Made by a program: the position numbers and the translations under genes
Source: Balanoglossus misakiensis
Lineage: Eukaryota > Animalia > Hemichordata
Direction: 5' to 3'
DNA length: 64,000 bases
Assembly: GCA_040954595.2 (NCBI GenBank)
Contig: CM082580.2
Location: 6,951,519-7,015,518, forward strand
Part shown: positions 1 to 13,200 of the stretch, piece after piece
Layout: each line of letters opens with the position of its first letter
How positions within the stretch are numbered: position 1 is the stretch's first letter
The notes under the pieces: generated by a model
Seen by the model: only the letters and a program-made list of their open reading frames with translations
The model's database searches: none
Told to the model about the DNA's origin: nothing

Positions 1-3000
1 TCTCCGATGACAATCAGAATCTGGTTATCGTGAATGGCCTACATAAGATATGGAGATTGTAAGCATTAGATTGGCGGCCATTTTGAATTTGAGACAATAT
101 GACCCAATTTTGCTCATTCAAAATTTTGCATAATGATCCCCCATATTTATTCTCTATTATGAGAGAGAATAATCTAAAAGTTGCCTTGGGCAATAATACA
201 TGAGAGGAAGTTTAAGATTTTGATTTTCGAGGTGCATTCTACAAACCAGTGAACACCTATATCAGTCGCTACGCATCAATGAATTTACACACCTGAATCA
301 GTTCATCCTTCAGTCTGTAGATGGGCAAACTGGCTCTCTGCTCGACAATTGACATCTTTGTCTTTTTACCGAAAGATGCCTTGTTCCCACCAAACGCATG
401 CCTCTTCCATTCCGGCATATCCGGTGTTGTCAATCCAATGCCTCGGATTTGGGCTCCCAACATACGATCAGCTGTGAAGATAAAATTGTGAACAGATTTT
501 GTGAATATTTCTGTGATTTTATAGAAAAGGCCCCTAATATTATTCATGCATATACATGTGCACATACACACACACATGATGTACTCACTTTCCGGCATTG
601 GATCAATCCAGCTAGTGTTCATTCCGGTGGGTATGGAATCCGCCTCCGCTCTCTCCTGGGCTTGCTTCACTTCCCTCCTTTCCTTGGACAATGCACTGGC
701 CATCATCGCCGCCTTGGATAACGTACCATCGGGATTCTGTAATGAATTACACATTTAACCTGAATATGACTGCAAATAACTTCGATGGGACACTAAATTA
801 CTGAAAATTTATATGTAGTACTGGCAAAGCTAATGAGACAATGAAAATGTGGGCTGGGAGTTGGGCTATTATGAATACCTGCCTGGCTGTCAATAAATGT
901 TCCACATTTGACGGGCTCCTTTCAGTGCAGAAAGTGAGAATGATCAACTGAGGTTAGCATTTGACATGAAACATGTGAACCTCAATACAATATTAATGGC
1001 TGTTTGCTCCATTTATAAGATTTAATCACCAGCACCATACCTTAACTATCCTCACAGGACTCAAATCCAGACTCTGTCTTCCGTGGCCCTTCAAGAAAGG
1101 TGGTTCTTCCTCAACCATTTCGATTTCGACCTCCTCATCAGAATTGTCCTCCTCCTTGGGCAGCATACCACTCTCCTCGTCAAAATCTGGCAGTTCCGTC
1201 TTGTCGATGCAGCTGGCTGCTAACATCTACATTGTTCAAAAACAAGGCATCAGTAATTAGTGGCTGTAGTACTGTTGAAGAAAATCTCAAGTGTATTAAC
1301 CTTTAGGTTTCCACCCCTAACTTTACCGTAGAAAACAACGGATTTAGACAAACCATGGTGGTGGAAGGGTTAAGGAAAACAGGTACAACTTTGGCTATTT
1401 TTACACTTCTCTGATTCTACATCCATGCACAAAAAATACCCCAAATTTGCAGTTTAAAACAAATCCAAGCATAGTGACCCTTTCAATTTTGCGTGACAAA
1501 CATGCAGGCTACATGTCTTTCCAACATACCTGTTTGATTTCCCATTTTTCCGGCGACGTAAGCCTCTGAACTTTGCGAGTGTTCAACAGGGAGTCATCAT
1601 CCACCTGGATGTTGACCAGAGGCATGGTGGAAGGCCTATCCGGATTCCGGATGGCGTCCTCCGGATTTGCCTGCGGTTCCATGTTGTCCCTGGCACTGGT
1701 CGGATTCAAGTCTTCTCCGGTATCCTGGTCCACGTCGCGCATGGAAAGGCTGATCCGGTTCCCGGTCATCGACAGCACCTTAACCTTGACCTTTTGGCCT
1801 CGGTGGACTACTTCGTTAACATCTGAAACACGACCTTCTCGACGTAACTGAAATGAAACGTAAAACAAATATCGTTATTATCGAGTAAACATGAGAGATA
1901 ATTAGAGTGAAAATGAACCTGAACATTTAACATCAATATAATTCTAATATTACTACATTAAACATGCAGATTTTCACTGTTGAAATACGTCCATAACATC
2001 TGAACTGTCGCCACATCTGGTAAACTTTCCCTCACCTGTGAAATGTGCACAAGACCGTCACATCTCTTCCTCAGTCCTTCCAGCTGCACAAAGCAGCCAA
2101 ACTGCATGATGCTGGCCACTTTGCCCTCGTAGATGTGTCCCACTTCGGGATCTGCCGGCGGTCTGTCCACAAACCTGTCCCGGTGTTTCTCTTCCTTCCT
2201 GTCCCTCTCTCTCGTCCGGTCTCTGTCCCTACTTCTGCTGCGACTTCTGTGCCTGTCCCTGTGTCTCTCTCTGCTCCTCGACCGGGATCTGTCTCGCCTC
2301 TTCTGTTTGTGCCGGTCTCGGTCTCTGTGCCGGTCTTTTTTCCGGTCCTTGCGCTTCTCTCTTTCTCTACTCCGACTTCTGCTTCGACTCCTTCTTCTTT
2401 CTCTTTCTTCTTTACTGCGAAATAGATGAAAAGGGAAGAAGCCGTGAATATGACAGTGTTGTTTTACCAGTCAGGTGCCAATGGAACATGACACCAAATT
2501 TGATGATTTTAACCAAGGGCTACTGACAGCTTGAATATTCATAAAAACAATAGCACACACATGCACACATACATGCACTACTGTAAGTTACACCAACTTA
2601 CATGTTACTGGTTTTCGCATCCGATGATGATGACGAGGCTTTTGGCATCAGAGCTTCTAGTTCATCCAGTGCATCAAGAGCAACTTTCTGATCATTTTCA
2701 GAATTTTCTTCTTCCTGTAAACATGGAATGAATTAGAAATGCACAAATAAAGACACAGTTCTTGAGACACACATTTTACTCTCTAATCAAGAGGTACATG
2801 TTACTTGTAACCATCACAGTTAGCGTTCCACCAAGTTTGCAAACACAGTCACTAAAATTCACATAGCATTCTACCACAGTCCCATAAGTTTGTGATTCTT
2901 GACGCAGTGACTCACTTTGGCAACTTTATCTGGTAAACAAAGCCCCGGGAACGCCTGTCTCTTCTTTTGTGTTTTAGAATCATCTGTGCTCTCTTCTGCA

Positions 3001-3705
3001 GTTTCAGACGTTGCTTCTGTTTTCTTGGGTTTCATCCGCTGGATCAATCTCAGCAGATTGCTGACAAAGGAATCTGGAAACTCTGCTCCGTTCTCCTCCA
3101 AGACCGTTTTGAAAGACTCAAATGTGTCATTCTTCTCTGCTAGGTTGATGATAAACTCAGCTGTGGTGAATAAATTTATTTTTATATAGTGTTAAAAGAA
3201 AGCTGGCATTTAAAAAGTATGAGAATCGAGAATCATCATGATGTCTCATCACAACATTGGCAAGTAAAACATTAGATCACTATGAATAACTAACAACACA
3301 GTATTGTCCATTCCCTGTTTACTAAACATGAAATGAAATGTACCCACTGAGAAGGCTTTGTAAACTGTGTAAATGTGATTTTTGAGAAGATAGATTATAG
3401 ATTAGGGCATGATGGTTGGCTGTGCTCCATGGGACACCAATATCCATCCAATATCAAAACCGTGTTTTCAAATACTGAAATATGCTCTTATGACGTCATG
3501 TATTTTAACACACACTTCCCATTTGGATCATACCAATTACCATAAGAGTGACACAATGATTCTTAGTTTCTAGTGAAGTATACGAACCTAAATCTTTATC
3601 ATTTAGTCCCAAATGGTTGTCTAATTCTGTACAGACTTTGGAAACGAGCGACAAGTGCTCCAACTTTTCAAGCTCGTTGATTTCGTCTAGTTCAGTCAAT
3701 GCCAT
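1..3705 (-). CDS. DHX8: DEAH-box pre-mRNA splicing helicase DHX8/PRP22, 5' part (continues past the left edge)
   Basis: Phase-consistent GT-AG exons: 3705-3588, 3160-2916, 2714-2602, 2414-2036, 1847-1530, 1226-1041, 736-589, 471-293, 38-1. Translation gives the N-terminus [30 protein letters not shown], an RS/RD-rich region, the S1 domain ([33 protein letters not shown]), [22 protein letters not shown] and [30 protein letters not shown], which leads into the Walker A motif. Confidence 0.97.
1296..1373 (-). mobile_element. Copy of a ~90-bp TTAA-CC...GG-TTAA MITE family (piggyBac-like termini)
   Basis: TTAACCTTT...AAACCATGGTGGTGGAAGGGTTAA; homologous to the copies at 27394, 39655, 47937 and 55206. 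Confidence 0.6.
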
Positions 3706-3719
3706 GGCTATGTATGGCT

Positions 3720-4060
3720 TCCGTTGTTCCGAAACTTAGATGCCAATCGGAGTCTCCCAAGACAAAGATCCCTGGAGGTCCGGAGACCCGCTTAAGTTGA
3801 TTATAACTCCGGTGTGGTCGAGCTGAGATTAACACGCCAGAAATTCTGCAACGATCGGCCGGTATTCCAGGATAAAACCGTGATTATTTCCAAAATTGCG
3901 GTACGTACGCTGCACCAACGTTGTTTTCTACGATCGCGGAAACCAACTCGTGTCGAAGGTCAGCAAGCATGCGCAGTAAAAAGCATAGCGCCACCAGTGG
4001 CAAATGGGGTAATTTCCTTCTTCCTTGGAGTGTTCACCATGCGTGTGGAGTGACCGGTCT
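3720..4060. promoter_or_regulatory. CpG-rich DHX8 promoter region, possibly bidirectional
   Basis: CpG-dense patch just upstream of the DHX8 ATG; NRF1-like GCATGCGCA at 3967-3975; CTCF-like TAGCGCCACCAGTGG at 3986-4000. Confidence 0.5.
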
Positions 4061-5049
4061 TTGCCAACAAATTCAGAAGTGCTGGGCCAAGTTTGCTGGG
4101 CCTATAGATTCAGGTCTAACTTTTGTGTATATTAATACATTTATTGATAAATGAAAATAATATTTAGATCGTCTACCCATAAAAATAGCCAGCTGGAATA
4201 TTAATCATGTAGTCGCAAGTACTTGCATATAAAATTACTGGTAAATTGTCAAAATGTAGTCAAAAAGTAGTTTTGTGATATGACACGAACATGAGAGACT
4301 TGGTCGTATCGCGATATGATCCAGTAAGAATGTAATTATTATGTCATGTTTTACTTTTATCACTGGACAAATTGATCATTGATATGATCAACTATGAGTC
4401 ACTGAATGATACCCTTTTCTCGGGATAGTTTATCGTTAAAGTTCCATCAGCATTTGGGGTAGAGACCAGAAGAACATGCACGGGTATATATTTTTATAAC
4501 TTAACTTTAATTATAGTTACTGGCACAACAAAGTCAAAGTTATCACCTTGAATACAGTCCCCGAACTTCGTGTCACACGAGACTATGCCTTTGTAACTCA
4601 TTTTCTGACGACCAATTCTCCGACGCATAGAAAACGCGATTTTTGTGGGTGCAGTAAATTCGTCGATTTGGCGAGCCAAAGTTTAAAAGAACTGTTAACC
4701 ATTGTCAAATAAGGTCACGACACGATTGGTGTCACCGATGCATATAACATGACTGGTGCCGATATCTTAAAGATATGAAACTTCCGTGTTCATTGTGACA
4801 TGAGTAAAACTTAATCGAGCATGCGCCATACGGGTTGTGAAACCACGAACGGGAAGGTGGCTCCCAAATTCCTTTACATTGTTTATAGTTTGCGGTGTCA
4901 GTCTGTCACAGACACTGTTAAGACAGACATGAACTTGTTGCTAAACTTCGAATAACGCTGTCAAACTTTTGACAGGGCATGACATGTTTACTGACTTCTG
5001 AAGTTCTTTGAAGACAAGTGCATTGCTGACCTATGGACTGGACTCAGGA

Positions 5050-5583
5050 ATGGACCAGACCATTGTTGAGGTAGTGGAGTACAGTGTATTCCACAAGGAA
5101 GGGGTGATGCGGGTATGGCTTGAAACCGGCAAATCGAGTGGACTGCTATCCGAGGAGGGACTGGCTGGCCTCTACCCCATCATGCGAGACCACCTTCTAC
5201 CGAAATGGAGAAAGTACGTCGCCGTTGACGACGATCAAGTCGTTGGGTACCTGGCCATCGAAGGCCAGCTAGTGCGCGGTTTGTTTATTTTGCCCGAGTA
5301 CCAGGATCGGGGCTTGGGCTACCAGTTGTTGGACCGAGCGATACTTCGTAAAGGCCAGCTCCGAGTGCGCGTGTACTCGACAAACACAAAGGCGAGGGAG
5401 TTTTATGCGAAGTACGGATTCGTTTGTGTTGAAGAAAGGTTTGACCCTCACGCAGGTATGGCGGAATGGATTATGGAGACGTTGGGTGAGCCCTCTACTG
5501 GCCACAAAGAAAGTGACTTTTGTATTTTGAGTACTTTTGAGACTCGGAGGAAGTTGCGGGTTCACAGTAAACACTTTCTGTAG
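5050..5583 (+). CDS. Intronless GNAT-family N-acetyltransferase, YiaC-like, copy 1 (177 aa from ATG 5050)
   Basis: Motif A LFILPEYQDRGLG (Q-x-x-G-x-G), motif B NTKAREFYAKYGF, C-terminal EWIME; colinear with copy 2 without gaps. Confidence 0.88.
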   Translation: MDQTIVEVVEYSVFHKEGVMRVWLETGKSSGLLSEEGLAGLYPIMRDHLLPKWRKYVAVDDDQVVGYLAIEGQLVRGLFILPEYQDRGLGYQLLDRAILRKGQLRVRVYSTNTKAREFYAKYGFVCVEERFDPHAGMAEWIMETLGEPSTGHKESDFCILSTFETRRKLRVHSKHFL

Positions 5584-6354
5584 GAGTTTTTGGGGGGCTT
5601 TGCCAAAAGCATGAAAAAAGTACGCCGCTCAGCGATATTTTAATCAGACTGCCAGTTTAACAAAAAAACTTACGAAAACTAATGGTTTCAAACAAATATG
5701 CGCGTCTTTATGCTGACTACTTCACTCCCAAAAGTACATGCAATGGTCCGTCTCCGAGTTACGTCATCGAAGCGAAGTTTCTACGCATATCGCAATATTT
5801 TAAAAATCGAACTTTTTAGTTATGTAAGATTGATAACGGGCAAACATTTACAGTGTGTCCAATTTTATGATTATGTGACACATTTTAAAGGAAAAACTAT
5901 ACTTTTATATACAGCTATCATCGTTTTGTTCTGCAAAATCTTTATAAATTCTGTACATGATTTTAGTCACTCGGGCATTTATAAGGCATATGCACCGCTT
6001 ACGCGTGTATACTTTGTTATTTTATAAAACAATATGTGCAATGGAATAATGACAATTACTATTAATAAAATTTTAATCCGTGTATAACACAAATTATTGT
6101 ACTACAGTGACGTGTATATCTGTCGCTTGTCAGAGAAATCAACAGGTGATGCGCAAAGGTCATGTAGACTTTGACCGCGGTGGACCCGGATTGCGCGTAT
6201 ATGGTCGAGCGTACGCGTTTTTGACGATTACGTCTGACTTTATCAGCGCCAGGAAACTGATTTACGACTTGGCTGTCCCCTTTTTGTAAGACATAGGATT
6301 ATATCGACTTTTTTTGCTTGCCACTGGTCCAAGCCCAGAGGTCCGACACACACG

Positions 6355-6831
6355 ATGTCGGATATCACAGTGGACCCCTCGGCTGTCTACATTCGAGAGT
6401 TTACGCCGTTCGATTATCATGCGGTCATGTCAATATGGTTTGAAACTGGTATGTCAACGAAGCTGGTGCCGGAGAAAGAAATGAGGAATTTCCAAGCAGC
6501 CATGCGCCACGAAATCTTGCCAAAACGGGAGAAACACGTCGCCATGGTGTACGATAAAGTCGTTGGCTACATCGCATTGGACAGGATCTTTGTCGGGGGT
6601 CTATTTGTTTCGCCGAACTACCAGGGACTGGGCATAGGTCGCAAGCTACTGGACCATGCAGTGAGGTTGCATGGTGCGCTTAAGGTTTCCGTGTACGCCA
6701 ACAACACTCGGGCGAAACGGTTCTACGAAAACTATGGCTTTGTAGGCATAAAACAGCGGTACGATTCTGATTTCAATTTGTTGGAATGGTTGATGGAAAT
6801 GCCAAGTGCGCCCTCTGCTGACGGAAGATGA
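6355..6831 (+). CDS. Intronless GNAT-family N-acetyltransferase, YiaC-like, copy 2 (158 aa)
   Basis: Motif A LFVSPNYQGLGIG, motif B NTRAKRFYENYGF, C-terminal EWLME; purine at -3 of the ATG; AATAAA at 6948 and 6968 downstream. Confidence 0.9.
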   Translation: MSDITVDPSAVYIREFTPFDYHAVMSIWFETGMSTKLVPEKEMRNFQAAMRHEILPKREKHVAMVYDKVVGYIALDRIFVGGLFVSPNYQGLGIGRKLLDHAVRLHGALKVSVYANNTRAKRFYENYGFVGIKQRYDSDFNLLEWLMEMPSAPSADGR

Positions 6832-6947
6832 GCGAGAATGAAGGGAACGAATTTCGGGTGCGAACCAGTTCTAGCTATCCGAATGTTGTGTGGAGATATA
6901 ATTTTTTATTGATAGAAAGCAGAACTTTTATTCTGTGACTCATAGAT

Positions 6948-6973
6948 AATAAAATATGTCATAATTAAATAAA
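6948..6973 (+). terminator. Tandem AATAAA polyadenylation signals of GNAT copy 2
   Basis: AATAAA at 6948-6953 and 6968-6973, about 120-140 nt after the stop codon, followed by T-rich sequence. Confidence 0.5.
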
Positions 6974-7295
6974 GACATACTATTGAATAGTTTTCATTAC
7001 ACATGCTGCATGTTGAGGATCTTCGTTTGGAAAACTTTGTTTGACTGATTTTGGGCGAGCAACAATAGAAACTTTAGTGCCAGAAAATGGCTTTTGTAGA
7101 ATAAGATGTTCTCCATAGGTTTTGCATGTATCAGTACAGATACTAATGACGCTGGCGTCGATGAAAGTTTAAAATACCCGAGGCAGGACTAACATTTTGT
7201 GATATCTCCGGTGAGTGTGATGTGCCATGTGGGAGACATATTATTTCTTGGGTGGATTGTGGGTAAATTGGGAGGTCAAGGGTCATGATTGGAAA

Positions 7296-10200
7296 ATGGC
7301 GACAGTTTCCACATGTTACATCAGTGCTTCTTGCAACAGAACTCCCCACAGTGCGCACTGGGGGAGGAACGGTCTTGTGGCTTTTGGAAGTTGTAGATCT
7401 GTAGCTTTGTATCAACCTAAGGTAAGAAAATTTGGTCGGGAGGTGTCACATAAACTTGTATACCGGCATTGTGCCTTGTACTGTAGCAGACGCCCAGAGG
7501 CACGCCGTCGGTCTTGATATTGCATTCAGTAAATCACAGGCCCTCATACCAACCATGTTGTCCCATTGATGCAATAGGGCATTGCGGTTGATATGAGGGG
7601 CTGTAGATCGTAGACATACGCGCACGGGTGTAAGCCTGAAGAGAGAGAGGGCGGGGGGCGTGGTCTCTTCAGGTTGTATCCACGGGGCATGTGTTGATTG
7701 ATCCATGGTTCAATGCATTGCTTGCTTTTCAGGTACCGAATGGATCTGGAGCCATACTGTCCATGTTGAATGGACACAAAAACAAAGTGAACTGCGTGAA
7801 GTGGATCCAGTGTCCACAACTTGACCATGGTGGTGAACTTGAACTTGTGTCAGGGTCAACCGATAATACTGCCATAGTGTGGAGCGGAAGGGAACTGCAG
7901 GTAAGGGGTTAATGCATGAGCTGTCCCACAACTTGTCTGTTATTGGTGAAACTTCTTGGAGAATCCAGTTGGTAAAATGATATAACCAGTCATGATTATC
8001 GTTATTTACAGTTTACACCAGTTTCAACATTGACTGGTCACAGTGGAGCAGTTACAGCTGTCGATGCTATCTATCTCCCGAATGATGAAGGCAAACTCTC
8101 AGACCCACCAGCCTGTATCCTAGCAACCGCATCAGTGGACTCCACAGTGAAAGTGTGGCAGAGGAAAGGTGGCGGAAGAGAATTTGAGCTGCTGCAAAGT
8201 ATTTCCCATGGCAATGGATTCTCACTGGATGTTGCTTGGTACCTGTTGCCAGGGACGACAGGTGAGATACCTCTCCGGGAAAGTTGCAGTGAAAGCTTGA
8301 ATTGTTCATGTTGTCCTCATTTGGTAATGCAGTCACCATTATGTCAACTATTGGCCACTTTTTTTTCAATTTTGAAGAATATACACTTTGCAGCACCAAA
8401 ATTGTTTTCATATTTTATTTCCAGTGCCTATTTTAGCATTGGGAGGCGATGACTGTAAAGTTAGCCTCTATGTGCTGGACGATGGTCAGTTTGTCAAAGT
8501 GCAGTCTCTGCATGGACATGAAGATTGGGTCCGAGGACTGGAGTTTGCCACAGATGGTAAGAGAAGTTGTCATTCCCTTGCTACATTCCTTATTCCCATC
8601 AAAACATGAAGAATCTTTGGCCATGGTTTTAAATTGTATGTTCCCTTTTCTGCATCTTCTTTGTATCATCATGGAAGAATGTTGTTGAAGAAACCAATGG
8701 AGATTTAGGTTTGATACGTTTTAGCACAATCAAAAGCAATAAAGGCAATTTCACTGGTTCATTCTTCTATTGTGAGTGACGGAGCCAACAGTAACACAAG
8801 TGCTTATTCGCCAAGCTGCCTTGTCTGACATTGTTCCTGCTGTAAATGAACCAATCATGGGGTGGTTTACATAAGGTCACTCTTACTGTACATGGCGTCA
8901 TATTTGACAACTCCTTTCAGAGTCGGGAGACTTGCTGCTTGCTTCATGCTCGCAAGATCACTTCATCAGAATGTGGCGGATATCATCACGGGCTCCAGAC
9001 ACTGAAATCGATCCAGCTTCATCACTGAACAGTCCATCAGAAGAAGATCCTGAAATCAAACTGAAAGAAAACACGTTCAGAGTCGCAGAAAAGGGTGTGT
9101 GTTTTCATTGTATTACATATCATTCAAAGTTGTTGACGGTTATGGCTTTATAGTGTGATTGTGTATAACATCCACTGGCTGAGTCAATTTGGTGCTGCAA
9201 CACCAATTCAAGTTTGACAGTGAGTTGATACTTGTGTGACCAACAATGACCAGCTGTATTATTTTCATATGCATATGCTTTTTTCACTAAGAACACAATA
9301 CGAAAGCTGTCTTCATCATCTCTTCAAGTTCAATTTATCAATTTCTTAAAATTTTGTTCTTGAAATTTTTTCTCTACTTTAGGCAAAGAATTCTGCTATG
9401 CGTCTTCATTGGAGTCGGTGCTAGCAGGCCATGATCATTGGATCTATGGTGTGCACTGGCACCCACCAACTTTCCAAGGTATTACACTCATCTCCTATAC
9501 TCATTATTATTCAAATAAATTCACTCTCAAGGGAAAAATGATATGGAAAAAAGAATGATACTTTTGTTAAATGTAAAGTGTGTTTCCAAACTTGTTTGTT
9601 TTATTTCTAACACCGTTGTTTACAAAATAGATGGTGAGAAAAAGCAGGAGATGTGTCTGCTCTCAGCATCCATGGATAAAACAATGATTCTGTGGAAACA
9701 AGATCGAGAGTCTGGTGTCTGGTTGGATCAGGTCAGTTACCTTCTGTGTAATGGTTGTCCTGTTAGGCTATATCCAGTACATTTACATGCATCTGTCTCA
9801 ATAATAATTTGTGCCCCCTCCCTGCAAAATGAAGGAAATCAGTGATCGTTTTGAGTGTTCATCACATAGCTGCTATTGACAGCAAATTAAGCGGGGGTCA
9901 CTCAAATCTCATGGACCTTGTGCATAGATGTTGAGTTTATATTTGTTTAATGCAAGCATCTGGGTTGAATGATGTGGACTTCTTGATCTACAGGTCAGAG
10001 TTGGTGAGGTGGGCGGAAACACACTTGGATTGTATGGCTGTCAGATAAGCCCTGACGGACTATCCATATTGGGACATGGTTACCAGGGAGCATTTCATCT
10101 GTGGCGATGCACAAAAATGGAAGATTCCAAAGTAGGTTGCCCCATGCCGTTCGCTCATCTCAAGAAATCTGACACTAGCATCAGAATTCCTCTCCTTGTC

Positions 10201-13200
10201 TTTGGCAGATTTTGATATTATTTGTTCAGTTCGGAATACCTTGCATTAATTCTGTATGGACTCGTGGATAATTTTATGACTTGAAGCGTTTCTTCTGAAG
10301 GGGGAAGGTCATTGGTCGCCAGAGGTGACGGTAGGCGGCCATTTTGAATCAGTCCAGGATATCTCATGGGATCCTGAGGGTGGTGAATATTTAATGAGTG
10401 TCAGTGCTGACCAGACCACCAGGTTACATGCTCCATGGAGAAGACCAGGACACAAGGTATGATGATGATGATGCTATGCTGTGAAATGTGAATTGTAATT
10501 CCAGTATTGGGATTTCTTGGAGTTTCAGATGAATTGTGATGTCTCTTACACTCTGTATAATTATATTTACAGCCAATGTGGCATGAGATTGCAAGGCCGC
10601 AGGTTCATGGTTATGACATGCAGTGTTTGGCTATGCTGGGAAGATACAGACTTGTATCAGGAGCTGACGAGAAGGTGAGAGTCAGGGAAGGGGTTGGGTT
10701 GATCAAAGTGTTGGTGTCAGTAGTGTTGCTAAAGGAATATGATGCGAGATAGGCATGTGTTTTTAGTAATTTTACAATTTTATCATAGTACATTGTTGCC
10801 ACTGATTTGAAAATAGTGGACAGCATTAAAACTAATCATATACATGTATACTGATGTATCATCATTTATTTTTTCAAAAGGTTCTTAGAATATTTGATGC
10901 CCCAAAGAATTTTGTGCAGAATTTTGGTCAGCTCTGTGGCGTTGATGTCAAAGGAGACTTGGAAAAACAGGTGTGTGCATTGTATTTTTCGTTTTTGCAT
11001 TTGTTCTGTCCGTGGGGTGTATCCACCCATCCACCGGTCCATCAGATGCCTTTACTGATTTCATTCAAGCCTGACTTCCATGATAGTAGCAGATTTGGAA
11101 AACACCTTCCGTTGTAAAGCCAAGTCGATCATGTTTCTCAATAGGAAATAAAAGATCTTCCGGAAGGAGCCAGTGTCCCGGCACTTGGATTATCAAACAA
11201 GGCAATCTTTCAGGGCGATTTGTCGACACAATCTGAGAAGCAACTCCACCCCAATGAACAGTATCCAGAGCTCTACTTTCAGCCCCTTCATATGTCAAGT
11301 AAGTTGATTGGTTGGATTGGCTCAAGAGAGTGTAGACCAAGTTAAAATTGACCAATAGGAGTGCAGTACAGAAAAAGTGATTACACGGACAAAAATGTCA
11401 GTTTATTTTTTATGTAGTCTAAAAGTGTTACGAGTCAACTACTAACGAAAATAAAGTTGACCTCAATGACCTTTGAACCTCCACTGATCCTGTTCATAAC
11501 CCTCTTTTTTCAGAACCACCAACAGAAGAACATTTACTGCAGAACACACTATGGCCAGAAACACAGAAACTGTACGGCCATGGCTATGAGATTTTCTGTG
11601 TTGCGGCTCATCCGGCCAGTAGTCTTGTAGCTTCTGCCTGCAAAGTGAGTCAGCTAAACTTTGACTTTCAAAAATTTTCATAAATTAAAATTTTCTCAAA
11701 ACAATTTTTGAATTTTATTGTAGTTTTCCAGTATTTGATTACTTGTTCGCTAAATTGTGGTATATGTGAACATCTGGTGTGTAAATGAAAATTTCAATTT
11801 TATTTCAAGCTTCTGTTGATCGACAAATGGTTTAAGTTCAAAGGTCATTGAAATGGCTCCCTCGTTCATTAACAGGCTTCCAAGGCAGAGCACGCGGCGA
11901 TCATATTATGGGATACCAAGACATGGCGGCAGATGACATCACTGATGTCGCACTCACTGACAGTGACGCAACTGGCGTTCTCTCACGACGGGAAATATTT
12001 ACTGGCTGTATCAAGAGACAGGACGTGGTCGCTGTACAAAGAACGGGAGACTGACCAACCAGAGTCAGGTAAGTTATTGCTATCATTTACTTGCCTGATA
12101 GAGAAACAAAACATTTCATAACCTCAAGTTGTTCTGATAGAGATTTTTTTTTCATAATACAGTAGGGCTCCTATGATTTTCACTTCTCAGAACTAATTCT
12201 AGACTATTATTGGGTGGTAGAATATACCGAGATCGAAAGGAAAGCGGGGGTGATTTTTTCCCATCCACAACTTGTTATTGATGCTTGGCAAACATTAATC
12301 ACCATCATTTTATAAATTCCAGATCCTCCATATTCAATCGTAGCTTACACCGACAAGAAGACATCCGTCCACTCAAGAATCATCTGGTCTTGTTCCTGGT
12401 CACACGACGACAAATTCTTTGCAACTGCATCAAGAGATAAAAAAGTAAGCATATCCGAAGGACAAAGCGTCATGTTGATTTACACAGAAATTAGGATGGT
12501 TCAATGAAATGTCTGTTCTAGATCTGTTATTGTTGAATAATTGTTTTTCTGATGATATAAAGCGTCAAATGATAAACTATATAGGCGTAGCTTGAAATGG
12601 TCTTGTTTGGAGAACAGTGCCCTCAACGGTTGATGTCAGGAAAATTCAGGAACATTTGATTGTCGGTTTGTGGGAATGTAGACCTTGTCATGATGGTGTA
12701 AGCAACTTATCCTGATATGTTTCAGGTTGTCATCTGGGGTGAAAGGTCGGGTGATGGTGCCAACCCTGCATCTAGTTGCCTCGGCAACTATATTGCATAC
12801 TCTCAACCTTTGAACGTTGAGGATGCGGCAACTGCAGTTGACTTTGCTCCTGTCAGGACGAAGACAGAAAGGTGAGTTGTTTGTGTTTATAATGTCTCTG
12901 ACTTTGATTTTCTCTTTTCCAATTCATCATCGTTTTGCCTTTATATATTTTCCTGATTATTTTTCCAGTTACCTGCTTGCAGTTGGAACTGAGTCAGGTG
13001 CAATACATCTCTATGGCTGGGATTCAAAGGAACCAAGCGCATGGAAGAAATATCTCATCTTTGATGCAACGTATCCTTAATACATTACCAAACACTACCC
13101 ATTGTATATTGTAAAGTGTGAAAAAGTGAATACTAAGTATTATTTATTTTGAATGAAAAAAAAATCGAGTGGTCTCTGCATCTTCAATGTTCGCATGACA

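Noticed and set aside
2045-2429. Leu/Ser-rich plus-strand ORFs
   Set aside because: They are the antisense of the DHX8 RS/RD-repeat exon.
5486-6340. Intron fusing GNAT1 to GNAT2 as a tandem double-GNAT protein
   Set aside because: GG|GTGAGC is a plausible donor, but the only in-frame acceptor is a poor GAG (6340), and paralog homology continues past the donor.
5008-6831. Bacterial contamination or an operon
   Set aside because: Flanked on both sides by spliced animal genes, with AT-rich spacers, AATAAA signals and no other bacterial genes; read-level confirmation is still advisable.
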